Assembly (NCBI GenBank): GCA_021613535.1
Contig: CP075494.1
Coordinates: 6,262,001-6,326,000, forward strand
Length of the DNA stretch: 64,000 nt
Source of the DNA: Adineta vaga
Lineage: Eukaryota > Animalia > Rotifera
Reading direction: 5' to 3'
Shown: in pieces, positions 41,785 through 53,770 of the stretch
Layout: each line of letters starts with the position of its first letter
Numbering within the stretch: position 1 is the stretch's first letter
Position numbers and translations under genes: made by a program
The notes under the pieces: model-generated
Told to the model about the DNA's origin: nothing
Databases searched by the model: none
The model's input: the letters and a program-made list of their open reading frames with translations, nothing else

Positions 41785-42830
41785 AACAATGAATCAGTGA
41801 TTTTCTTTTTCTATGGAATTCATATACATAAAATGAAGTGAAAGTATATGAATGAAATTGAGTTGAGTTGAAGGTCGATGAACTAAATTTCTTTCAGACA
41901 TTCTTTTCGAACTATCTCCTTTTCATATCAATGGAAAAGGGCATTCACAAGAGAGTTCAGTCAAGTTTTTCTTTCTACATATGTAAATATTATCTTAAAA
42001 ATCAACTCATTTGCATATTACACTACATCAGATATTTCCTATTCAATTATCGAATATTAGATCCAAAAAATCATTTACCCTGTTAATACTTGTAGACATT
42101 GGATTTTTTTTTATGAATGAATAAGTGTGTGCGCCTGCCAACAAAGATCTCGAGTGAATAAAACTAAAAGATGCATTCATCGTCATTGTCAGTTCGTTTT
42201 TTTTAGAGACATAACAGATTGTAATGTTTTCTTAACAATTGAAAAAAAGTTTTTTTCTTTTTATTTGCTATCATTGAAATAAAACTGATGTTTGTCTATA
42301 GACGACGATGTGTTCTCGAGATTTTTTTGAACGATTATTTTTATAAAAGAATACATGTGTTGATAAACTTGATTTGGATAGTTTTATACATCATAGAAAC
42401 CATTCTATTTGTTGAAAGAGAGACGATCAGGTAATATGACCGATAGAGAAAAAAACTATTATTTCAAATAGGAATTTTTTTCTGATGTAAAAAGAAGATT
42501 ATTAAAATGTTAGTGAAGAACGGAAATGTCGTCGGATGTCACGTACAGTTTCACTGAATTCTTGTAGCGTGATATAAGTAGATATGTGTCTCAAATGGTT
42601 CTAAAAATAACAATGAAAACGAGAAAACTATTTTAGTTTCAATTTATTGTCTGATAAAACATTTTCTATCTTATAAAAACAATGAGACATGAGAAATTCG
42701 TTAGAATGTATCGAAATTAATCATACAGATCTATGTTTACATTAATAAAATAAACACACAAAAAAAGAAACGTTCGTAAGAATTATTCTTTTACAAATAA
42801 TTTTCAGTAAATATGTTTAATTATTTGTTC

Positions 42831-45800
42831 TCAACGAAATATCATCAGATCTACTTGGTTGTAGCAAGCAAAACATAAAAGAATGATAAAAATCATCGTC
42901 AATGACTGTACAAATATTGTTCCCTGACTATAATATGGACAATATGGACATTGATACGATCCACAAACCTGGAAGAATCGAAAAAAAGCAGAATTATTTC
43001 ACAAATAAGTAAGTAACTTACTTCACAAATATCTAATCCGAATAAATTTCGCAATGTATAAACATTTCGATACATATTCGCTGGTTCGAACCATTCATAC
43101 GCTCGAACTTCATAGTATCGTGAAATATTGGCTACTGGTATCCAACGTTTTGCTTGAAATTGAAAACAAATTGGATCAAAATCTACATAGTCAAAACCGA
43201 AATTAACTTGACCAGGCCAATTTTCTGCTTCACGTAAATTTCGAATAAAAAATCCCCAAATCATCGATTTTAAATCTTTTTCTTCTACACGATAACCTGT
43301 CGGAATTTGAATTTCAATAAATACTGTTCCACTCGATGATGCTTTCAAATTTTTGACATTTTCTGCACGCCATGAAACGCAAACATTATAATCAATTGTT
43401 GAAAAATTACGACCAGATAACATGGGTCGAACATCAACTGTAAAAGGTACATATGCTGGTCGACGAATCCGATCAGGAAATTCAACATTAACACCAACAT
43501 GCATCTAAAAAAGAAAATGTTTACTTAATGCAGTCATACTCATCAAGATGACCTACTTGTATAAGTGCATAACCATTTCCGAAACCGTCAATATAAACAA
43601 CACCCCAAACATGTTCAACATCACGAACTTGTGTATCAATTATATTTTCATCAACAATAACAACTGGATCATGACCTTTTTCTGATGATGATGCAGATGT
43701 TAAATTAATACGTATATTATATGCTGTTATTTCAAAACCACGTAGAACAGCATAACCAACAATCGCACGTTGAGCCATACAGGAATCATATGTTGCAGAC
43801 CAACCACCAATAAAATTTCGCATCGATTGAAGCCATAGTACTAATTACAAATAGAAACAATCTCAATATTCAACAAAGAAATGTTCGTATCGATAAAATT
43901 CGTCTTTGTTAAAAAGATCTAATGTGCGTGTCTATTTAGCTATTTTATTCATTTTAAGAACATACCAGATTGCTCAGCATCTCTCACTCTTGCTTTATGA
44001 GTATATGTCATAACAACAAACGCTGTTGCACTGACAGCATGTGCTTCAAAATCTGTCGATACTGGTTTTGGTCCATATCGAGGATTAACGTTTGGCCATG
44101 TTTTTGTCATTGCTGGAAGATTTACATTCGAATAATAGATTCCATTTTCATCTAAATATTCAGAAAGAAATTGGCTATTTTGAAAAATAACATTTCATAT
44201 CTATGTACTCATTCGTTTAAATAGAGTTAATTTTGCGAAAGCTGCATCTTGTTCAGCACTATTTGTAAGATGTAATGCATAAGTAACAATAGCCATATCA
44301 AATGCATCAGTAATATAACGGAAATTTTGTTCTAACCATTGTTTTCCTCGATGAATTGCACCAGTTAGATATTTAGCTGGTACTCCTCGTATATCGACAT
44401 TCATTTGTAAAGCAATAAGAACTTGTGCTGTTAAGGATAAATTTAAATATTGATATGTTCCACTAATATTGGTTAAATGCAGACCGAATTTATTTCGATC
44501 TTCAATAGTAGTCGTCTCAGCCCATGAACCATTTTCTCTTTGATTTGTTAGAAGAGATTTGACTATATCAGAACGAAGATTAGGATCAATGTATAATCCT
44601 TTTTCTTCCCATTCAGGATAAACAGCATCACGTAATGTCATTAATGTCCAAGCTGTAAACCAAACAGCTGTTTCATTTGAAAAACCAAATTGACTAAATG
44701 AGCCTACACGCCATGGTTCATCTGGATAGTCATCAACATACATAGCCATAAATCGAAGATATTCCATATTTACATAAATTAATACTTGTGTTAATTTTTG
44801 TTCGTCAAATGCTCGACCACCATGACCTTATGAAAGAAAAACGTTTAGATTTAGTGACTATTATTTAGAATCGAATCTATAGACAAACAAAAACAACGGG
44901 ATTTCATGTCGATGAGTTACCTTGTAGCATATATCGAAGATTATAAATCATCATAGCAAAATCGAATACACCTGAATCACCTGGAGCTGTTGTTCGTTGA
45001 ATTAAATTATCTGTATTTAACCATTCATCATAACCTAATAGAAAGTATGGACCAGCTACATCACCGGATATAAATATTTCACAAGTTGCTGAACCCGATA
45101 TATAATCCCAAGTATTCTGTAATGGAAGAATAAAATTTTCAGGAACAGTTATATCATATTCATTGACTTGTCTTGGTAGATTATTCAATAATAATACAGT
45201 TGGAGTATGATAATAATTACGTATACCTTCATAATTAACTTTAATTGTTTCACGAAAAAAATCACGAGATACACCAGTAATACCTAGAGAAGAGATGTCG
45301 AAACAAAAGCAATGTTAGTTGAATAGATACATATTGTTGTCATCAGTATTATGTATATAATTTCTTTTGACTTGTAATCTTCCTTACTGACAACGCAAAA
45401 TCAATCATTTTATCGAAAAACTGAAAAATTGTGTAAAAAAGAGAGATCAGATGGTGTTCATACCTTCGATCATAATTTCAATTTCACCAGCAGTCACCGG
45501 TACAAATGGAATATAGAGTCGTCGAACTTCATTCGGATATAGAATAACCAATACATGATGCTGTCCTTCAGTTAATTTTGGTGCATATGATGATACAATA
45601 CCTCGTTGTTCAATATTAACTGAACGATAATCATCAGATGCATGTAGAATAATCAAAGCTTCTATACGATATGGTTGAAAATTAAATACATCGACACGTG
45701 CACCAATTTGTTCACCAAATCGAACAATAGGTGGTACTTCAACTTTGATAAAAAATTGTCTTGTACCTTCATATATAAATGGAACTTCAACAACACCGAA

Positions 45801-48520
45801 ACCTGTTAAACGACTAACTGCAACAGCTGTAATAACCCATGTAGCAATAACATTTGGAACTGTAGTACGAAATTGTACACGACCATCAGGATAAGCAAAT
45901 TGTTGATGCCACATAAAATCAAGTTGCAATTCACGTTCCCAATATGGCCATAAACGAAGATATAACGGAGTAAAATTATATTGACCTGTGGATGTTGTTA
46001 CATTACCTAGAAGAATAAATGATATATATTCATTTTGCAAAAGATTTCTATTTACAATTTGCTTCATCTGAACCATCACGACAATCAAGTATATCATTAC
46101 ATCTGAATGAAGATGGATAACATGTACCATCTGTACATTGTAATAAACCATATTGATCACAACCTGTTTGTATTGCTTGTATATTAACATCGGTAAATAT
46201 TTGCATTCCAGATGAATTAAATGTTGAACCAACATCATAACCATAAGATTGAGATGGAAAAAAGACTCGATGTGATGCAATATTAATGTCCGAATACCAT
46301 GTATGTTGAAAACTTGTTGTAGAATAACGATCAAATGAATATAATTCATCATAAAGCTAAATGAATTTAAAAGATGATTAAACAGAAAATCTCGTCGAAA
46401 TTGTTTTACTTACCATAACTGAACTAAAATGATTTCCTGGTGGAAATAAACGTGCTTGTACAAGGCCAAGACCAGCAAAAGCAACATAGGATTGTGGTGA
46501 TGCATAGGCAATAACTTCAATTGTATTTCCTGTAAAATCTTTTCGTCGATTGATTGTTATGTTTACATGATTAGTAATTGATGATGTATTTATATGAAAA
46601 TTCATACTATCAGCAACAATTTCACCATCATAACGAACATAATAAACTAAGATATGAGCTGATGGTGCCATATCACGGCTAATACCAACATCAAATGTTT
46701 TTTGTCTAGCACCATCCATAGGAAGAATATTTGTAAAGATTAATTTTCCTGCTGATGTTATATGATAATAAACAAAATCAACATATTGTGTTACATTAAC
46801 ACGAAATAACATAAAATCACCAACACGTGGTGCTTCCGTACTTGATGTTACTTGTAAATAACTATTCGATGGAGATAAATAACGTATAGCACGTTGTTCA
46901 TCACTAGTACCTTGAACTAGTAGATTATTATCATATAATTCTGCACGAAGACGAATGAATGTTATTGTTGAATCACCTGGAGCTAGAAATCGATGTTGAA
47001 CTATACCAGAAGAATCAATCATATAGTCTACTGGCACTTGAGATTGACCAAGATCATTATCAGTATAGATACGAATAAATCGACCAGGACCTGGTGGATA
47101 TTTACTACCATCAACATTCGTAGCAGCTATATATGTTGTAAAGATCATACGAGGTTTGAATACCATGGAAGGACCACCAAGAAAGCGAAGACGCGTACCA
47201 GGTGTATAGAACGAAACAACAGTTGTACCTAAATTGAAGATTATCAATTATTTCATCGTTAATAAATGTATAGAGAAATGATTTACTAACCATTATTTGT
47301 TTCATTCCACCATGGATCATGTACAATAGCTGTTATTAAAATTTCATTTCCATCTAAATTTGGTAGAAGTGTTTGAATAGTTTCCATTGGAATAAAAAAT
47401 CCAGCAACACCATTAAAATCACTGATTACTGTTCGATATATGGCTATTGATCTTTGTGTTGCTGTTTCAAATTCCATATCAGCTAATGGATAATTGTGAG
47501 GATCATATATCGAACTTATATTACGTGCTCGAACAACTAAATGTGCATAACCAAGTACGCCCATACCAGTTGTATAATTTGCTGTAATGATACCGCCAAT
47601 ACCAGGTGAATCCGTAGGTAAATAGTATGGAACAGTAACATTCACTTCAAATTTTCGATTATAAAATTCATGTATATCAAATGATTTTGTGGCCTCATAA
47701 CCCATAACACGACATTTCACTGACCATACACCTTCCGGTGGGCCATCATTGATTGGATACTAAAATATAGAAAGATTATTTTTCATCTTTCCGTTAAAGA
47801 TTTTTTTACTTCAAGCGAAATAATTCCTGCCGTCGTTTGTTGATTCTCCCATTTACGTAAAATATGACCTGATGGTCCAATAATATATGCATCGACCGTA
47901 TGGAAATATCCACTCAAATCTGGATAAATTGGTATACAACGAAATTGTACAACAGTTTCATGTCGATAAATAGGTCGATCAAGTTGAATAAGAATTGATA
48001 CAGCTTTTTGTTCAAAAATTAATTCCGAAATATTAGAAAATTTTCTTTCACCAGTTAACGATGTTCCTTCGACTGTTAAACGATATGTACTCGGACGAAT
48101 ATTTTTTGGTATCCGCATTTGTAATGTTCTGGGTACATTCACCATACAAAGATCTTCAACCGATGCAATTGCCATATCATCATTTGATATCAGTGCTTTA
48201 ACCATGATTGAGTTCCATTCTTTTCTTAGAATAGTTACACTAACAGAAACAATTTGTGCTGGACGAACTACACGTGGACCAAGGATAACATAGGATGGTG
48301 TAATCGGTCGTCGTGCTTGTTGTGATGTGTAAATATTCAGTGGTGCTTGTCGACGATAGATGGAATGATTAAGAAAACTACGCGATTGAAATTGTTCATC
48401 GATTTGCAAGTTTTCCGTATCGTCTTGTGAGTAAAATGGAAAAAATTCCGATGATTGATAAGAGAAGATTGTTGTAAAGAGATGCAATTGAAGGATGAGA
48501 ACAACACTCAACCGATTCAT
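42831..48520 (-). CDS. Mcr: Macroglobulin complement-related protein (Mcr/TEP6; A2M family with LDLa domain and C-terminal hydrophobic anchor)
   Basis: Signal peptide; SILIQLDRPIY; VPNVIATWVITAVAVS; LDLa CTDGTCYPSSFRCNDILDCRDGSDEANC; C-terminal CEVCGSYQCPYC; no GCGEQ. Confidence 0.88.
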
Positions 48521-48985
48521 CTGAAATAGAAATGAGTTGAGCACCGTTATAAAACATGATAATAAAAATATCTTGAAATTTCTACAAGCTTTTTTTCTCG
48601 TCTTTGATATCTCATATGAATCATCAGATAAATCAATAATGATTATATCTATCCAAAAATTGAAATTTTTCGTAAAAAGAAAAAGAAGCAAATAATTATT
48701 TACAATAGAACGATGTCGATTGGGATGAATCACATTCCTTGTGCATAAGCTAACCTTTTCTATTGAATGGCAGATCTTATCATAAGAAAAAGAACATTCA
48801 TCGTTCTTTGAACTTTATCAAACAAATTTGTTTTGTCAATGAACCCTATCATCACATATAGAAGACGATCCTTTAATAAATATCCATTATTCTTCTCCGT
48901 ATTGAGTTACTGTTCAATTTCTTCTCGTTTATTTCAAATGAAAACTAACATAAAATGTTTTCAGAAAAATATCTAACATACGTAT

Positions 48986-50199
48986 TCATGCAATGATATC
49001 TACTAGGAATTTATTGGTAGATTCGCCTAAATTTTGTATCCAGAAACTAATATTATACAATTGTCTTTTTTCTGTGTGTACATATTGAAATAAGTAATCG
49101 ATTGAAGACAATGATCGATGACAGAATGCATACGAACTAGAATCTTTAGTAAAATGCTCATATGAAAGATTTGTTAAACTATGATTTGCTTTTGAACAGA
49201 AGCGAAACGGTTGAATAATACCATCTTCAAAATCACCATTACGTATTAATTCGGAATTCGAAGAAATATGAATTATTGAAACATTATCTAAACACCAATA
49301 TGAAGAATCGTGTTGAAAACTAAATAGAATTGTATTATTCGATGATGTTGCTTTGTATACGTAAGAATAATACGTATAATTAAACTGAGAGACATTTGTC
49401 AAGCGAAGTAATCGAGTAATATGAGAATTCGATACACAATAATTCGATATATTCACTAAAATAAAGAATGTAATAAGAATAAATAACTGACATAGAAGAT
49501 TTTTAACTGAGATTATAATAAGTGTACTTCATGGAATACATAAAAAAGACAATGAACTGTTCTGTTAGCTATTCATTTCTTTTCTTTTTCGTATGTGTAT
49601 GTGTATATATCTACTCTTTGTTTTTTTCTTTGATCATCAGTATCTCTGTCATAAAAATATAGTCTACCTATTTTATTACAAACTTAAAAATTTGAACAAT
49701 GCTTCAAAAATCGAACATTCTCAAATATTCTCGACATACCTGAAGAAATTTTTGGTCTATTATAAAAACTTTGTGCAGCTAGAACCAATAGAAATAAAAT
49801 ACCCAATATTCCAATCGATGTTATAAGTATTAAAATACATGCCATCCATGATTGATTTCTACATTTCAAATTATAACATCTTGTATATTCATTTGAAAGT
49901 GAATCATTAGGATCATTTGTTGAATGAGTTTGATAATATGAATGATTTGAAAGTTCAATTGTTTGGATACTTGGAGAACTAGATGAAATGGACTTTCGAT
50001 GATGATCAGTAAGTTTTTGAATATCTATATTACTATATAAATCTTCTACACGAAGACTTTCTCTTGTTAATGGACTTGTACCATGTTGTCGTATCCATTG
50101 TGTAATTGCTTTTCGTTCATAAGTATGTCCATCAGTTGCAATAACTGGATCATGAAAGACTTGCAATGTAATTGGACATATGAATTCATTGTCAGTCAT
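48986..50199 (-). CDS. U-box E3 ligase domain plus TM helix plus carbohydrate-binding-like C-terminal domain (exons 50199-49739, 49456-48986)
   Basis: FICPITLQVFHDPVIATDGHTYERKAITQWIRQHGTSPLTRE; TM WMACILILITSIGILGILFLLVLAA; phase-1 splice to WCLDNVSI...ELIRNGDFEDG...YNISFWIQN. Confidence 0.8.
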
Positions 50200-50823
50200 T
50201 AGGATAGGTAACGGTTTGTGTTCTAATTTTTGAGAATACACTTACGCACGAAAATGGATTGTTATAGAATATTTTATTCTTTGCATAACTAAGGACTTAA
50301 GCTGATTGTTGAGTGTTCAGAATGGAGGACACGTTTCTTTTTTGAGGAAAAAAAATGAACTTAGAGTTCTTTTTCTCACAAGAATTGACGACAGAAAATA
50401 GTATTTTTTGATGAATACATGAAGATAATTTCCATAATTAAATGACAACTATGTACGCATGATAAAATGTACTCTGCTTACAATTAAACCAGTTGAATTA
50501 ATTATCGAAGAAATCATTCAATTAGATAGTCTAATTCTCATGACAGATTTTATAGTGAAGTTTTTTCTCTAATCTTATTACCACTTACCTTCCTGATAGT
50601 TTGTTGAACGTCTCACGAACTGAAGAGAAAAGAAAGCCTTGGACGATTTATTGACATAAAACCCAAGGATGTTTCCGATTGCTTTACCATATTTAACAAG
50701 ACTGCACTTTTTCCCTCTCTCTCTCTCTCAATATGTTTACATTTTATCGGCTGTATTTTCAATGAACTTTTTTTTATCAAAATATGATAGTCTTTATTAA
50801 AAACCAATATATATTCAATACAA

Positions 50824-51396
50824 TCAAGCTTTAACATTTCCTTGATGAGGTGTTGATAAAGGATTGCCTGGGAGACGTTGTGCACATGAAAGAACAATTA
50901 CGAGAGCAAGAATAAAAGCATGAAGTTCTTCTGCACTATTACTAATATCCACCCAAAATGTATTTTTCGATGGTGCCGTGTCTTTCGTAACAATCGCGAT
51001 AATATTATCATCTTTTTTCAATGTAAATTCTTGAGAAAAGATACTTCCTCGTTTTTCCATTATATAATTACCATTAACTGCACTTATTTCTAATTTATGT
51101 TGCCCAGGTAAACCAGTTCGTTTTATAGAAGCTAAGCGCGTTTCTTGTTCATCGCGACGAATTGAAAAAATATTATATGTCTGATGAAAATGTAAGTTTT
51201 CCTGACGAATTTGAATTATTTCAGTTCCAGCCGCATCAGAAAGTATCAATTTGTCACCTAAGATAAACAATGTTGAATCAACTTTGTAATGAATATTTCC
51301 AGCTTCATCAGTGATGACATATTTGTCATCCGAAGAAAAATGTTTGTCCTGAATCACATAACGATTTGTTACTGATATTTGTTGAGACTGTGCCAT
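50824..51396 (-). CDS. LURP-one-related (Tubby C2/scramblase fold) protein, intronless
   Basis: RYVIQDKHFSSDDKYVITDEAGNIHYKVDSTLFILGDKLILSDAAG; C-terminal FWVDI...AFILALVIVL helix. Confidence 0.8.
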   Translation of the reverse strand: MAQSQQISVTNRYVIQDKHFSSDDKYVITDEAGNIHYKVDSTLFILGDKLILSDAAGTEIIQIRQENLHFHQTYNIFSIRRDEQETRLASIKRTGLPGQHKLEISAVNGNYIMEKRGSIFSQEFTLKKDDNIIAIVTKDTAPSKNTFWVDISNSAEELHAFILALVIVLSCAQRLPGNPLSTPHQGNVKA

Positions 51397-51940
51397 GAGA
51401 TAAAAATAATATCGCAAAAACTAACAAAAATAACCAACATCAAGTTAATACGGACAAACGTGAAGTAATCAACCGTGACATCAACAACTGAGTCAAGAAA
51501 TAAAATTCAACTGATTCATGATTTCTTTTTCTCTATTTATTGTCAAGTTAATCAAGTAAAAAATCAGGAAAAACGTCGTTTTACATATATATATTTATAA
51601 AAAAGAAAAACGAAATGCGTATAAATAAAAACTACAATGTACATCGATTTATTTTGTTATTCGTTTTATCACCATTTATCAATTGAATACATATATATAT
51701 ATATATATATAAATGTATAACAAGATATTTTCAAGCAACATATTGCATATCACACAATGCATTGAGAGAGATGGAGAAAAGAAAGAAATTATAATGTACT
51801 CCTATTCACACTGATCTACAACTACAATGTTTGTCTAATGATATGTTTGATACAAAAACACACACAAAAAGGACGTCTGGAATGTGTCACTGTTCGATTA
51901 TAAACACTTGAGCGAGTATGTAAGATAATTATTCGTTTTT

Positions 51941-53770
51941 TTAATCCATCATATGTTCTTCTTGTTTACAACCAGCAGCTAAATTTAGTGGTTGTTCAAC
52001 TGAATAATTATGTAACAGACGAGCTGTTAACGATACTGGAATTGTTTGTTTGCGTTTTGTTGTTGACGAACATGAATATTGTTTTTCACTATCATGACTA
52101 CTATCTAACGATTCAGGAGAAGAGGAACTCGCTCGATCACTTTTTAATATTGGTTTATCACGTGTTGGTAGTAGAAAATGATTCGATGAAGACGTTAAAT
52201 TCGATAGCATCGAAGAATAATTTGGTAAAAGATGAAGAAATTGATTTGGAACTTGTGAGGAAGGTGATTCTTGATGTTGAAGATTTGTTTCTGATAACAA
52301 TGAAGTTTTATTCATTGAAGAATAGAGCACATTTGATGATGTATTTTGACGTTTCATATTTTTTCGAATTTCATCTGGTGAACGCATAAAACGATATAAT
52401 AAACGCTTGGATTGTTCTTTTGATATGATATTATTGGAATAATAGTAACGCATTCCACGCGATAATTTTTCATAGGTCATCGATAAACGATTTTTTTGTA
52501 AACCTAAATAGAATGTAAAATGATTTATTGAAATTAATAATAAAAAGAACTGACCCCAAAGTGCAGCTAATTTATCAGCTTGATTGATTCGAAAGATCAT
52601 TTTTTCACGATTTTCCCAATGAATAATCGATTCATAGAGTGGATCTTCAAGTAAGATGTAAATAAATTCCCAAAGAATTCGACAATCTAAAGAATTATAA
52701 ATATCTGATAGATCATTTCTGTATATATATATATGCGAATTCTTTACTTTTAGCGGCTTTTGGTTTCATTAAAATATCACCATGAAAATCAATTCGATCT
52801 TGATAATAACGTATTTGTCTTGTACTATCATTTTCATCAAGATTTCGTTTATCATTTACTTGTGATTTGATTGATATAGATGGTTTACATATAGGTTCGT
52901 GCTGTTCAATATCGATATCTTCATCATCGATGTATTCTTCTTTTACCGATAACAATGGAAGATGAATGTGATTTTTCTCTAAAGGTTTTGTCACTAGAGA
53001 AGCAAAAAGACTTTGATTAGAATTCTAGTGATGAATTCGGACAAACTTGATGATGAAGAAGAAGAATTTGATGTCTGTCGAGTACGTAGCGATTGTTGAG
53101 AATCAGTCATATTCATTGGATATTTTGTTTCAGAATGATTGTATAGATAATTCAATGTTGGATGTAAGTATGGCATGTTAGATGGTGGAATAGATAGAAA
53201 TGGACTGTTGAAATGACGCATTGATGAAGATGGAAGAAGACCAAAATTGTTCCATAATTGATAGGAAAAGGCTATACAAAATAGATCAATATAAATATAA
53301 GATTCAATTGCAAATCTTTACTTTGACAATTGATGGATTTGAGAAGTGCATAATGTTGTTGAAGTGCTTTATATAGAATATCTCCGGAACGTGATGAACG
53401 TTGTTTAAAACCATCTTCATTCAAAAGAGATAGTGCTTTACCTATACACAATTCAGATAAATTCGAAAAACGACTTTTTTTTGTGCTATTTACTTACCAT
53501 TCATTTCGAAATCATTCAATTTAATATCACCTAACGAATATTCTTCAATACAATATTCAATCCAATTTTGTACATCCTCTTTTGTCCATTGATTAATCGA
53601 TCGAACTAAAATATAAATCAATACTTTGCTTTTTTTTTCTTCTTCTTATCTCTTTACTAAACATTTTTCTTACGTAAATTCGGAGGTAAATTCATTTTTG
53701 TTGATGGTATAAAATAATTATTGGTTGGAAATGGTATATTAGTATATGTCGTATCAGTATTAGCTACCAT
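51941..53770 (-). CDS. ETV6: ETS transcription factor with PNT/SAM domain, ETV6/TEL/yan class
   Basis: [22 protein letters not shown]...FEMNGKALSLL; [15 protein letters not shown]...[19 protein letters not shown]...[13 protein letters not shown]. Confidence 0.85.

Noticed and set aside
41900-42600. Heat-shock elements upstream of the sHSP
   Set aside because: Only partial nGAAn/nTTCn matches, expected by chance
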